64,000 nt of DNA, from positions 224,001 to 288,000 of the forward strand of contig JBILLK010000002.1 of the NCBI GenBank assembly GCA_044376115.1. Reading direction: 5' to 3'. Below are positions 28,587 to 38,157 of this stretch, one piece after another (the stretch's first letter is position 1; every line of letters starts with the position of its first letter). This DNA is from Polyangiaceae bacterium. Lineage in GTDB: Bacteria; Myxococcota_A; Polyangia; Polyangiales; Polyangiaceae. The position numbers and the translations under genes are program-made. Under the pieces are notes generated by a model. The model did not search any database and was not told where the DNA came from. It saw only the letters and a program-made list of their open reading frames with translations.

Positions 28587-29886
28587 CTGCGCGGCGCGGG
28601 CGTGCCGGCTGCTTTGCTGCACCCGTCGCCCGGTCGCTGCGCTCGCGTGACGGAGCGGTGCGGTCGCTGCGCTCGCGGGGCGGAGCGGTGCGGTCGCTGC
28701 GCTCGCGTGACGGAGCGGTGCGGTCGCTGCGCTCGCGGGGCGGAGCGGTGCGGTCGCTGCGCTCGCGGGGCGGAGCGGTGCGGTCGCTGCGCTCGCGTGA
28801 CGGAGCGGTGCGGTCGCTCCGCTCACGGGGCGGAGCGGTGCGGTCGCTCCGCTCGCGGGGCGGAGCGGTGCGGTCGCTGCGCTCGCGTGACGGAGCGGTG
28901 CGGTCGCTGCGCTCGCGTGACGGAGCGGTGCGGTCGCTGCGCTCGCGTGACGGAGCGGTGCGGTCGCTGCGCTCGCGCGGCGGTACGGTGCGGTCGCTGC
29001 GCTCGCGTGGCGGAGCGGTGCGGTCGCTGCGCTCGCGGGGCGGTGCGGTGTCACTTCGCTCGTCTGGCTGGGCTACGGGTCTTGGCGGTCGCTTCGCATC
29101 CGAAACCCGGACCGGGCGCGGTAGCCGCTGGGGCCGTGCAGGGAGCTCCTGCATACGCGGTACCTTCTTGGGGACACCGTACGTTTCCTTCAGCAGGGAG
29201 AGTTCCTGCCAATTCAGCATGCGCGCCTGCCCCGGTCGAAGTCCCTCGTGCGTCACGCCGGCAAAACTCGTCCGAGCAAGCCTCATGACCAAAAAGCCGG
29301 TTGCCTCTCCCATGCGGCGGATTTGCTGATTTCGCCCCTCTCGGATGGTGATTTCAAACCAGGTTCGGTCCTCCTCGTGGCGAATGATGGAGACCTGGGC
29401 CGGGAGCGTCCTGCCGTCCTCTAACTCCACTCCTTGCTCCCAGCGGCGAATGTCGTCGGCGTCCATGATGCCGCGAACCTTCACTACGTAGGTCTTCGGA
29501 ACTCCACCCTTTGGGTGGAGCATGGCGTTGGAGAACTCGCCATCGTTGGTCGCAAGCAGCACGCCGCTCGTGGCAAAGTCTAAACGCCCAACGGGGAAGA
29601 GGCGGCTGCCAAGCGGTCGGAGGTGGTCAGCAACAGTGGGTCGCCCCTCAGGATCGCTGAGCGTGGACACGACGTTGCGCGGCTTGTGCAGCACGACGTA
29701 AACGAAGTCTTCGGCCACGAGCCTCCGTCCATCCACCTCAACGCGGTCGGTTCGAGGGTCCGCGCTCGTCCCGAGTTCGGTAACCACCCGGCCGTTTACT
29801 CGCACTCGGCCCGAGGTAATGAGTGACTCTGCAGCGCGCCGGGAGGAAACCCCAGCGCGTGCGATGATTTTCTGCAGACGTTCCAT
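28573..29886 (-). CDS. rluB: RsuA/RluB-family rRNA pseudouridine synthase with a repetitive C-terminal tail
   Basis: S4 domain MERLQKIIARAGVSSRR, HKP, VGRLDFATSG, EGRNQQIRRM. Confidence 0.9.
   Translation of the reverse strand: MERLQKIIARAGVSSRRAAESLITSGRVRVNGRVVTELGTSADPRTDRVEVDGRRLVAEDFVYVVLHKPRNVVSTLSDPEGRPTVADHLRPLGSRLFPVGRLDFATSGVLLATNDGEFSNAMLHPKGGVPKTYVVKVRGIMDADDIRRWEQGVELEDGRTLPAQVSIIRHEEDRTWFEITIREGRNQQIRRMGEATGFLVMRLARTSFAGVTHEGLRPGQARMLNWQELSLLKETYGVPKKVPRMQELPARPQRLPRPVRVSDAKRPPRPVAQPDERSDTAPPRERSDRTAPPRERSDRTVPPRERSDRTAPSRERSDRTAPSRERSDRTAPSRERSDRTAPPRERSDRTAPPRERSDRTAPSRERSDRTAPPRERSDRTAPPRERSDRTAPSRERSDRTAPPRERSDRTAPSRERSDRATGAAKQPARPRRAATRK
28631..29050. repeat. 14 x 30-bp tandem repeat encoding ERSDRTAP(P/S)R
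   Basis: Unit cggtcgctgcgctcgcg(tga/ggg)cggagcggtg starts every 30 nt from 28631 to 29021. Confidence 0.97.
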
Positions 29887-29889
29887 GGC

Positions 29890-30738
29890 TCAGTCTTTCG
29901 GCGCAGCGTCTTCTTGCGCGGCCTTCTTTTCCTGAGCTCGTTTGGCTGCAGGCTTGCGTTCGGTCTTCTTCTTGGTGCTGTCCTCCCCTTCGGAGGACTC
30001 ATCAGCGGCGGCGTATTCGCCCGCTTTGCGTTCTGCTTCTGCCTTCTCGTTTGCTTTGCGAGCCGCCTCTTCTTCTTCGCGCCGTTCCTTGTCTTCTCGG
30101 GTACGACGCACGTCGCTGTCATAGTCCCAGCGGTCCACTCGCTCATCACCGTCAACGTCGACGCCCATTCGCTCGAGCGACCCGTTGGACGAGTACATCT
30201 CCCAGATGTCCGGCTTACCATCGGCGTTGGTGTCGCGTTTGGCCCGGGTAACGCGGCCAGCTGAGAAGTAGGTCCACTCGTCGGGGTTCCCGTCGTAGTT
30301 TCGATCCTGCTTTTCTTCGGCGATGCGACCCTTGGTGAACACGAGCCAAGTGTCGATACGGCCGTCGTGGTTGGTGTCGGCTTCCTCGAACAATGCCTCG
30401 CCCTTGTCGTTGTACTTCCTCACGACGTCCTTGGCGCCGTCGAGGTTGCTGTCGATCTCCCGGCACACCAAGATCCTTTGCCGGTCCTGGCCTTGGCCTA
30501 CGATCGCGAACACGCGCCTGACGTTCGGCATCACCGAGCCTGGGCCCGCCGTCTCGACGACGTCGCGGTCCTGTCGGCCACGCCACTCGCATTTCGACTG
30601 GTCGTCAATCGACCCGTCGGCAAGCCGCTTCACCGGTATCTCTCGAACCGGACTGTTGAACGCTTGTTGAGGTGTGGAGGAACAGGCGCCAAGGACCGTG
30701 GCCAAAGCCACAGCGCTGAGGACTCGCAATCGGATCAT
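29890..30738 (-). CDS. Lipoprotein with Dx(D/N)xDG calcium-binding-type repeats
   Basis: Lipobox LGAC; DSNLDG, DTNHDG, DRNYDG, DTNADG and DVDGDE; charged tail; ATGA overlap with the upstream paralog. Confidence 0.85.
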   Translation of the reverse strand: MIRLRVLSAVALATVLGACSSTPQQAFNSPVREIPVKRLADGSIDDQSKCEWRGRQDRDVVETAGPGSVMPNVRRVFAIVGQGQDRQRILVCREIDSNLDGAKDVVRKYNDKGEALFEEADTNHDGRIDTWLVFTKGRIAEEKQDRNYDGNPDEWTYFSAGRVTRAKRDTNADGKPDIWEMYSSNGSLERMGVDVDGDERVDRWDYDSDVRRTREDKERREEEEAARKANEKAEAERKAGEYAAADESSEGEDSTKKKTERKPAAKRAQEKKAAQEDAAPKD

Positions 30739-31547
30739 GGCTGCGCTTTCGGAGCGGGGGTGGGTGCACTGACGGTGGGGACCGCCGAAGCGGGAGCTGT
30801 TGCGGCAGGCGGCGGCGCCGAGGGAGCAGGAGGCGGCGGCGCCGAGGGAGCAGGAGGCGGCGGCGCCGAGGGAGCAGGAGGCGGCGGGGGTGCAACTGCG
30901 CCGGTCCCGGCGTTGCCAGTTGCGGCGGAGGTTGCGGCCGCTGCTTGAGGATCGGGAGGGGGCTTGTAGCCCTCTCCACACATATCGACCGAACTATCGG
31001 GGTCTGGCTGCCCATCGGTGTTGCGGTCGCTCGTAACCACAGCACACTGCGGTTGATCCGGTCGGTTGAAATCCCACCATTCATCGACCACACCATCGCC
31101 GTCGCTGTCGCGCTCCGTCTTAGCGAGGCGGCCGGACGTGTAGAACTCCCAGGTGTCGAGCTTCGTGTCGAAGTTCGTCTCCAGCTCCTTCGAAACCAGC
31201 TGCCCCTTGTCGTACGTGGCGATCTCGTCAGGGATGCCGTCCCGGTCAAAGTCCGACTCTCGGCGCCGCATCGCACCCGAGGCGTCGTAGTAGAGAAACG
31301 AATCCTTAACGCCGTCGAAATTGAGATCGAGCGCGCGACAAACCTCGACGCTGCCGCTCATCACTTTGACGATGTCGGGGAGCCCGTCGCCATTGACGTC
31401 GGTGCGCCTCGCGGAACCCGAATCGACGTCACAGGCCTCGTGAGTCAAGGCCAAAGAGCGCTCCCCACTGGCTGGTTTTGCCTCCTCAGCACCGGCTCCG
31501 CAGCCAAGCAACGCAGCCGCACCTACAAACCACCGCAATCCCGTCAT
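30735..31547 (-). CDS. Lipoprotein with Dx(D/N)xDG repeats and a Pro-rich tail
   Basis: Lipobox LLGC; DVNGDG, DLNFDG, DFDRDG, DSDGDG and DRNTDG. Confidence 0.85.
   Translation of the reverse strand: MTGLRWFVGAAALLGCGAGAEEAKPASGERSLALTHEACDVDSGSARRTDVNGDGLPDIVKVMSGSVEVCRALDLNFDGVKDSFLYYDASGAMRRRESDFDRDGIPDEIATYDKGQLVSKELETNFDTKLDTWEFYTSGRLAKTERDSDGDGVVDEWWDFNRPDQPQCAVVTSDRNTDGQPDPDSSVDMCGEGYKPPPDPQAAAATSAATGNAGTGAVAPPPPPAPSAPPPPAPSAPPPPAPSAPPPAATAPASAVPTVSAPTPAPKAQP
30807..30887. repeat. About 3.4 x 24-bp coding repeat (PPPPAPSA)
   Basis: aggcggcggcgccgagggagcagg at 30807, 30831 and 30855, plus a partial copy. Confidence 0.9.
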
Positions 31548-31593
31548 TTCCGAGCAGTCTAGCCGCCAAGGTCGACGCGAGCAATCACCCCGA

Positions 31594-31622
31594 TTGACAA
31601 CATACGTATCAGCATCTAGGGT
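31594..31622 (+). promoter_or_regulatory. Housekeeping sigma70-type promoter for the cdbA-like gene and lepA
   Basis: TTGACA-N17-TAGGGT. Confidence 0.7.
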
Positions 31623-31687
31623 AACGCCTTGTCAGTGCTTCCTTTCTCGGGAGTGCTCGTCGATTGTGGTGAAGAGGGCTCTGGGCG

Positions 31688-31936
31688 ATGTCGCGGAAGA
31701 AAGTCTCGACAACCATCTACATCACCCCGGAGCAAGCGGACCGCTTGAAGCTCCTGCACGACCGCACCAAGGTGCCGATCGCGGTGTACATCCGCGAAGG
31801 AATCGACATGGTGCTCCGGCACTATGACCACGTGCTTCCAGGACAAATGTCGCTGGAAGTAACGCCACCGCCCGCTTCCGTCGCCCCGCCGCCTGACGTG
31901 AAGAGCTCGACCGACGAGCGCAATCGACGCGGCTGA
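31688..31936 (+). CDS. cdbA: Ribbon-helix-helix DNA-binding protein, CdbA-like (c-di-GMP-binding nucleoid protein)
   Basis: MSRKKVSTTIYITPEQ...TKVPIAVYIREGIDMVL...LPGQ closely matches the Myxococcus CdbA sequence as I recall it. Confidence 0.8.
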   Translation: MSRKKVSTTIYITPEQADRLKLLHDRTKVPIAVYIREGIDMVLRHYDHVLPGQMSLEVTPPPASVAPPPDVKSSTDERNRRG

Positions 31937-32029
31937 GAACCATCGGGGCTCGATGGCGTGTGCTCGACCGGCGCAAGCATTGCTTGCGTCGCGACGGCGA
32001 GTGCATGACACAGAGGCTAGCCAATACCC

Positions 32030-33832
32030 ATGTCGACCGACCTTTCCAAGATTCGGAACTTCTCCATCATTGCTCACATCGACCACGGCAAGTCGACGCT
32101 GGCCGATCGCATCCTGGACGCGACGGGCGCGCTCTCCGCGCGGGAGAAGCAGGAGCAGTTCCTCGACAAGATGGACATCGAGCGCGAGCGTGGCATCACG
32201 ATCAAAGCGCAGACCGTCCGCCTGCGATACAAAGCGTCGGACGGAGAGACCTACACGCTCCACCTGATCGACACGCCAGGTCACGTCGACTTCGGTTACG
32301 AAGTCTCACGTAGCCTTCAGGCGTGTGAGGGCGCGTTGCTGGTCGTGGACGCTGCCCAAGGGGTTGAAGCGCAGACGCTGGCCAACGTGTTTTTGGCGCT
32401 CGACAACAACCTCGAGATCATCCCGGTCCTCAACAAGATCGATCTGCCGAGCGCAGACGTCGACGGCACCAAGCAACAGATCGAAGACGTGGTTGGTCTC
32501 GACTGTAGCGAAGCCATCGCGGCGAGCGCGAAGACGGGCATCGGCATCGTCGATATCCTGGAGGCTGTCGTCAAGAAGGTGCCCCCGCCGAAGGGCAGCA
32601 TCGACGGTCCCGTGCGCGCGCTGATCTTCGACAGCTGGTACGACAGCTATCGCGGTGCCGTCTGTATGGTGCGCGTCGTGGACGGCACGCTGCGCAAGGG
32701 CCAGAAGGTCCGCTTCCTCGCCACGGGCCGGGACTACGAGATCACCGAGATGGGCGTTTTCTCGCCGCACCCGACTCCGCTGACCGAGATCGGTCCCGGG
32801 GAGGTCGGCTTCATCGCGGGCAACATCAAGACGGTGCACGACACCAAGATCGGTGACACCGTTACCGACGCTGGCAAGCCCACCACCAACGCATTGCCCG
32901 GCTTCAAAGACGTAAAGCCGATGGTCTTCGCCGGTATCTTCCCGACGGATTCTGCCCAATACGAAGACTTGCGCGACGCCTTGTCGAAGCTGCGTATGAA
33001 CGATGCGTCGTTCGCCTATGAGCCCGACACCTCCGAGGCGCTTGGCTTCGGCTTTCGCTGTGGCTTCCTTGGCCTCCTGCACATGGAGATCATACAGGAG
33101 CGGCTCGAGCGTGAGTACAACCTCGATCTCATCACCACCGCGCCCTCCGTCGTCTACCACGTGTACATGAAGGACGGCGAGATGCGCACCGTGGAGAACC
33201 CGGCCAAGTTGCCGGCGCTCGGTAGCTTCGAGCGCATCGAGGAGCCGATCTATCGGCTGACCATCCACGTCCCAGCAGGCCATGTCGGTGCCGTCCTCGC
33301 GCTCTGCCAAGAGCGTCGAGGCGAACAAAAGAGCATCACGTACGCGTCCGCCGATCGCGTGATCATCGCCTACGACATCCCGCTCGGTGAAGTGATCTTC
33401 GACTTCCACGACAAGTTGAAGAGCTGTTCGCGCGGCTACGCTTCGATGGACTACGAGCTCGTGGGCTATCGTCGGGATGATCTCGTGCGCGTCGACATGT
33501 TGGTAAACGGTGAGCCGCTCGACGCGCTCAGCACCATCGCCCACCGCGAGAAGGCCTTCACCCGAGGGCGCGACCTCGCCGAGAAGCTGAAGGAGCTGGT
33601 ACCGCGTCAGCAGTACGAAGTGGCCATTCAGGCCGCGATCGGCTCGAAGATCATCGCGCGAACGACGGTTCGCGCCATGCGCAAAGACGTCACCGCCAAG
33701 TGCTACGGCGGCGACATTTCGCGCAAGCGCAAGCTCCTCGAGAAGCAGAAAGAGGGCAAGAAGCGGATGAAGATGGTTGGTAGTGTGGAGATTCCGCAGG
33801 AAGCCTTCCTCGCCATTCTCAAGGTTGAGTAG
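32030..33832 (+). CDS. lepA: Elongation factor 4
   Basis: [31 protein letters not shown] and [18 protein letters not shown]. Confidence 0.99.
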   Translation: MSTDLSKIRNFSIIAHIDHGKSTLADRILDATGALSAREKQEQFLDKMDIERERGITIKAQTVRLRYKASDGETYTLHLIDTPGHVDFGYEVSRSLQACEGALLVVDAAQGVEAQTLANVFLALDNNLEIIPVLNKIDLPSADVDGTKQQIEDVVGLDCSEAIAASAKTGIGIVDILEAVVKKVPPPKGSIDGPVRALIFDSWYDSYRGAVCMVRVVDGTLRKGQKVRFLATGRDYEITEMGVFSPHPTPLTEIGPGEVGFIAGNIKTVHDTKIGDTVTDAGKPTTNALPGFKDVKPMVFAGIFPTDSAQYEDLRDALSKLRMNDASFAYEPDTSEALGFGFRCGFLGLLHMEIIQERLEREYNLDLITTAPSVVYHVYMKDGEMRTVENPAKLPALGSFERIEEPIYRLTIHVPAGHVGAVLALCQERRGEQKSITYASADRVIIAYDIPLGEVIFDFHDKLKSCSRGYASMDYELVGYRRDDLVRVDMLVNGEPLDALSTIAHREKAFTRGRDLAEKLKELVPRQQYEVAIQAAIGSKIIARTTVRAMRKDVTAKCYGGDISRKRKLLEKQKEGKKRMKMVGSVEIPQEAFLAILKVE

Positions 33833-35455
33833 ATGCCGGAGAAGGCCAGCGATTTCCTTCTGGCAAAGCTCGGCATCACCGCGCTGAGCTGGTTCGGTGC
33901 GTCGCTAGCCTACGCGGATCAGGTGCTCGTGCTTACCGGTGAGGTACAAACGGGTGGTGCCGACCACGTACTCGTGCCGTTTGAAGTTCCCGCCGGCACC
34001 CAAGAAATCCTGATCGAACACAGTGACCTCTCCGACGAGGACATCCTCGACTTTGGCCTGAACGATCCGAACGGGTTCAGAGGCTGGGGAGGTGGCAACA
34101 CCGAGCCCATCGTGGTCGCGGAGAAGGCCGCCTCACGAAGCTACCTTGCAGGGCCTATCGCGGCGGGGACCTGGAATCTCGTGATCGGTAAGGCCAAGCT
34201 CGTCGGTGGCGGGGCAAGTTACGAAGCAACCGTCACCTTGCGCGACGTTGCCACGCTTCCACCTCAACCCGAACGTGAGCCCTACCTCGATCCAGGCGTT
34301 CTGGCCGAGGGAGAAACTTGGTATGCGGGTGATTTTCACGTCCATTCTCGCGAGAGTGGGGACGCTCAACCGACCATCGCAGAAATTGCAGATTTCGCTC
34401 GCGAAAAAGGCTTGGATTTCGTCGAACTGTCCGAGCACAACACCACCTCGCAGCTCGACTTTCTGAACGAAATCCAAAGCCGTACGCCAGACCTGTTGTT
34501 CCTCCCGGGCGTTGAATTCACAACCTATGCCGGCCACGCGAACGGCATCGGGGCAACGGCCTTCGTCGATCACAAGATCGGCCTGACGCTTCCGGGCAGG
34601 GGCGAGATCACGATTGGCGGCGCCTTCGACGCCTTTCATGAGATGGGCGCCCTGGTTTCGATCAACCACCCCGCCTTCGAACTGGGGGACGCGTGCATCG
34701 GCTGCGCCTGGGCGCACGAAACGGGGGAGCGAAAGATCGATGCTGTAGAGCTGGCGACGGCTGCAACAGCAACGCTGTTTCTCGACCAGTCGCTCGCTTT
34801 CTACGAGGCGCTCGCAGACTCTGGCCAGCGCCCAGCCGCGCTCGGTGGCAGCGACGATCACCGCGCCGGCGTCGATGAGCCAGCTTTCAACTCTGCGCTC
34901 GGATCTCCAACCACCATGGTGCGCGCTTCTGAACTTTCGGTGGCCGGTATCCTCGAAGGGGTGCGACGTGGCAACACCGTGGTGAAGGTGCGCGGCCCGC
35001 AAGACCCGATGGTCGAGTTCGAGAAGACGTTGGTGGAGGCTGGTGCGCTGGTTGAGGCGCACATCGAAGGTGGGGCTGGGATGCAGGCCCGCTTCGTCGT
35101 CGACGGGGTGCCGCAAGCCTTCGTGCCGCTTAGCGAGAGCCAGACGACGCTCGCGTTCGAGGTGAAGGTGGACCCGCAGCGTGCACGACGCCTTCGGGTT
35201 GAAGTTTGGGAGTCGAGCGTGATCGTCACGCTTACGAGCTTCATCTTTGTCGAGACCGACGACCTGTTGGCTCCCGGCGGAGCGAACGCAGATTCGGTTG
35301 AACCGCGTGGTGGAGGCTGCTCTGTGGCTGACGACGGGCGGACCAACGGCGCGTGGTTCATGCTGCTTTTAGGGGTCATTCTGACCCCGCTGGCAGGGCT
35401 AGCTTTACGTGCTCAATCATCCGCCTCGCGCGGAAAATCTCGGAGGAGCAGTTGA
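33833..35455 (+). CDS. Secreted PHP-fold (CehA/McbA-like) metallohydrolase with a MYXO-CTERM-like tail
   Basis: GDFHVHS...SGD, SEHN, GVE, GHAN, INHP and GGSDDH; C-terminal GGGCSV followed by a TM helix and basic residues. Confidence 0.8.
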   Translation: MPEKASDFLLAKLGITALSWFGASLAYADQVLVLTGEVQTGGADHVLVPFEVPAGTQEILIEHSDLSDEDILDFGLNDPNGFRGWGGGNTEPIVVAEKAASRSYLAGPIAAGTWNLVIGKAKLVGGGASYEATVTLRDVATLPPQPEREPYLDPGVLAEGETWYAGDFHVHSRESGDAQPTIAEIADFAREKGLDFVELSEHNTTSQLDFLNEIQSRTPDLLFLPGVEFTTYAGHANGIGATAFVDHKIGLTLPGRGEITIGGAFDAFHEMGALVSINHPAFELGDACIGCAWAHETGERKIDAVELATAATATLFLDQSLAFYEALADSGQRPAALGGSDDHRAGVDEPAFNSALGSPTTMVRASELSVAGILEGVRRGNTVVKVRGPQDPMVEFEKTLVEAGALVEAHIEGGAGMQARFVVDGVPQAFVPLSESQTTLAFEVKVDPQRARRLRVEVWESSVIVTLTSFIFVETDDLLAPGGANADSVEPRGGGCSVADDGRTNGAWFMLLLGVILTPLAGLALRAQSSASRGKSRRSS

Positions 35456-36858
35456 CACAAGACTCGCAGATGGAACGTGAGCCGATGGCCTCGTTGGTCG
35501 ATTCGGTCAATCGAGGGCGCGACCCAAACCGCCACTTTCGCTATGTCGGGAAAGAGCTATTCGGACCCGGTGCCGAGATTCATCGCTTCGGTTTGGCCAA
35601 CGGCTTGACCTTGCTCTGTGAGATCGACGCGAGCGCGCCCGTCGTGTCACTCCAAACCTGGATGCGTGTTGGGTCTCGCCTGGAGAAACCAGGCAAGACG
35701 GGCATCTGCCATCTGTTCGAGCACTTGATGTTCGGCGAGACCGAGGAACGACCGCACGGCGCCTTCGACCGTTTGCTCGAGGAAGCCGGGGCAGACAACA
35801 ACGCGGCGACGTTCGTGGATTGGACGTACTACCACCAGAACCTGCCGAAGGACGCGCTCGGCCTGGGCCTTTCGCTTGAAGCATCACGGCTCGACAAGCT
35901 GGTCTTGCGCAAGCCGCAGGTCGAAAGTGAGAAGGAAGTGGTCGCCAACGAACGACGCCAGCGAGTGGACGATTCGATCGACGGGCTGATGAACGAGGAG
36001 CTGTTCAAAGCCGCCTTCAAGGTCCACGGCTATGGCATCCCCACGATTGGCTTCATGGAGGACATTCAGGGTTTCACCGAGGAGGATTGCACCGCCTTCT
36101 ACAAGACCTACTACGCACCCAACAACGCCACGCTGGTGCTGGTGGGGGACTTTGAGCTCGAGAGCACGCTGGGCATGGTGGCGGACACGTTCGGTCTCCT
36201 CGCTGCAAGTGAGCTGCCACCGGAGGAAGATCGCAGCGAGCCTGCACAAACAGAAGAGCGGCGGGTCGTGCTCGAGAAGCCGACCGAAACGTTCAAAGTT
36301 GCGATCGGCTACAAGTGCCCGCCGATCGCCCATCCCGATCATTCGGTGCTGGTCGTAGCCAATGAGGTCTTGTTTGGTGGCCGTGCGGGTCGCGTTCACA
36401 AGCAGCTTGTGAAGCAACTGGAGATCGCGACGGAGGTGCAGGGGCACGCGGGCTTCTTTCGCGATCCGGGGCTTTACGAAATCAGCATTTCGGGCCGCGA
36501 CGACGTGACTGCGGAGGCGCTCACGGCAGCGCTCGATGCAGTGCTCGAGCAGTTTGTCGCTGAGCCTGTATCGGAGAAGGAGCTCGAGCGAGCGAAGGCT
36601 CGGCTGGAGCTTGAGACGGTACAGAGCCTCGAGACGGTCTCGGGTCGAGCGGAGACGATGGGGTTCTACGAGACGCTGCTCGGCGATCCAACGGCGCTAT
36701 TCGGTCGACTCGACGCTTACCGCAAGGTGACTGCCGCCGACGTCCAACGCGTCGCGGGCGCAGTTCTCGTGAGCAGCGGACGAACGATCGTCGAGGTGCA
36801 TCCGGATGGATCGGAGCCCGAAGAAGAAGGCGAAGAAGAGGACGAGGACGAGTCATGA
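35452..36858 (+). CDS. M16 family zinc peptidase, catalytic subunit
   Basis: HLFEH inverted zinc motif, NAAT, ERRQR and YYAPNNA; GGAGG RBS before TTG 35452 (alternative ATGs at 35470 and 35485). Confidence 0.9.
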   Translation: MTQDSQMEREPMASLVDSVNRGRDPNRHFRYVGKELFGPGAEIHRFGLANGLTLLCEIDASAPVVSLQTWMRVGSRLEKPGKTGICHLFEHLMFGETEERPHGAFDRLLEEAGADNNAATFVDWTYYHQNLPKDALGLGLSLEASRLDKLVLRKPQVESEKEVVANERRQRVDDSIDGLMNEELFKAAFKVHGYGIPTIGFMEDIQGFTEEDCTAFYKTYYAPNNATLVLVGDFELESTLGMVADTFGLLAASELPPEEDRSEPAQTEERRVVLEKPTETFKVAIGYKCPPIAHPDHSVLVVANEVLFGGRAGRVHKQLVKQLEIATEVQGHAGFFRDPGLYEISISGRDDVTAEALTAALDAVLEQFVAEPVSEKELERAKARLELETVQSLETVSGRAETMGFYETLLGDPTALFGRLDAYRKVTAADVQRVAGAVLVSSGRTIVEVHPDGSEPEEEGEEEDEDES

Positions 36859-38147
36859 AGGTTTTCGTCGAAGCGAGCCCCAAGGTTCCGATCGTATCGA
36901 TGGCGATTGCGTTCCAATCGGGGTCTACCCACGATCCGGTCGGCAAGGAGGGGCTGTCCCGCGCCACCGCCCGCATGCTCCGACGCGGCTGCGAGGGACT
37001 GAGCGCGGATGAGATTGAAGAGGAGGTCGATGCCCTCGGGGGCGAATTTGGGTGTGATGCCTCTACCAGCGCGACCAGCGCTCACGCCGAGGTCATCAGC
37101 CGAAATCTCGACCCGTTCGTGGAGCTCATCTCACGCGTCCTCGGCAAGCCAAGCTTCGACGAAGAGGAGTCAGCGCGCTTCTTTCGTGAGGCCAAAGCCG
37201 AGATCGTCGAGAGCCGCGACAACGATCGCGTGTTGGCCAGCCGCTCGTTCCGCCGGACTTTGTTCGAGGGACATCCGTACGCTCGTCGCGTCGCCGGAAC
37301 GATGCAGACGTTGGAGGTGCTTCGTCCGAGTGATATGCGCGCTCACTTCGAACAGCACATGACGCGCCAGAACGCCGTCGTAGCGATCAGCGGGGACGTG
37401 ACCGACAAGGTGGCCCATGAAATTGCTGAGCGCGCTCTATCGAAGCTGCCGGAGGGTAAGCGTGTGGTCGATGTGGTGCCGGAGCCAGCTCCCTCGCCAG
37501 GTCGACGTTTGGTGCTCGTGGACAAGCCGGATCGCACGCAAACACAGATGGTGGTGGGCTGGTTGGGGACCCATCCCTCGGATCAGGATCACTTCGCGTG
37601 GATCGTAGGGAACACGACGTTTGGTGGCACCTTCACCTCCCGTCTGATGCAGGAGATCCGCGCAAAACGCGGTTGGTCCTATGGCGCCAACTCTCGGGTC
37701 GGCTTTGACCGCCATCGAGATGCTTTCGTGATTTGGAGCGCGCCGTCGCGCGCTGATGCTCCGGCCTGTCTCGAGCTCGAGCTCGAACTCTTGGAGGTGC
37801 TCCGTCGCGATGGGCTCACTTCGGAGGAGCTTACCTTCACGAAGAACTACCTGGCTCGCTCGCACGCCTTCGAGATTGATACAGCCCGCAAGCGGGTGCA
37901 CCAGCGCCTCGAAGAAGCGCTGTACGACCTGCCCGAGGGCTATCACTCGACCTATCTAGAGCGGCTTGCGAAGCTTGAACTCGATGAGGTCAACCAGGCT
38001 TTGGCCAAGCGCACACCATTCGAGGATTTGGTGGTCGCCGTGGTTGCGACGGATGCTGACTCAGGCGCCGCGCTCGAGACGGCACTGGGACGCTCATCGC
38101 CGAGCCAAGTGCCGCCGCGAACTGTGTTTGCCCAAGACTTCGAGTAG
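36855..38147 (+). CDS. M16 family peptidase, non-catalytic partner subunit
   Basis: No HxxEH motif; GGTFTSRLMQEIRAKRGWSYG; ATGA coupling to the upstream gene. Confidence 0.9.
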   Translation: MKVFVEASPKVPIVSMAIAFQSGSTHDPVGKEGLSRATARMLRRGCEGLSADEIEEEVDALGGEFGCDASTSATSAHAEVISRNLDPFVELISRVLGKPSFDEEESARFFREAKAEIVESRDNDRVLASRSFRRTLFEGHPYARRVAGTMQTLEVLRPSDMRAHFEQHMTRQNAVVAISGDVTDKVAHEIAERALSKLPEGKRVVDVVPEPAPSPGRRLVLVDKPDRTQTQMVVGWLGTHPSDQDHFAWIVGNTTFGGTFTSRLMQEIRAKRGWSYGANSRVGFDRHRDAFVIWSAPSRADAPACLELELELLEVLRRDGLTSEELTFTKNYLARSHAFEIDTARKRVHQRLEEALYDLPEGYHSTYLERLAKLELDEVNQALAKRTPFEDLVVAVVATDADSGAALETALGRSSPSQVPPRTVFAQDFE

Positions 38148-38157
38148 ACCGTGAGCT

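Noticed and set aside
28631..29050. CRISPR array
   Set aside because: The repeats are contiguous with no unique spacers, lie in frame within rluB, and no cas genes are present.
28412..29329. Plus-strand ORFs across the repeat (RSLRSRDGAV and CGRC-rich frames)
   Set aside because: They are open only because the 30-bp unit lacks stop codons, and they are antisense to the conserved rluB core.
30739..30981. 5' extension of ORF 29890..30981 (AAASCSLG repeats)
   Set aside because: An alternative frame of the upstream gene's Pro repeat; the signal peptide begins at ATG 30738.
32306..33544. Long antisense ORFs (here opposite lepA; likewise 976..1977, 6727..7962, 22970..24538, 41840..42793, 56913..58079, 58089..59267)
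   Set aside because: Typical shadow ORFs of high-GC codon bias, with no recognisable motifs.
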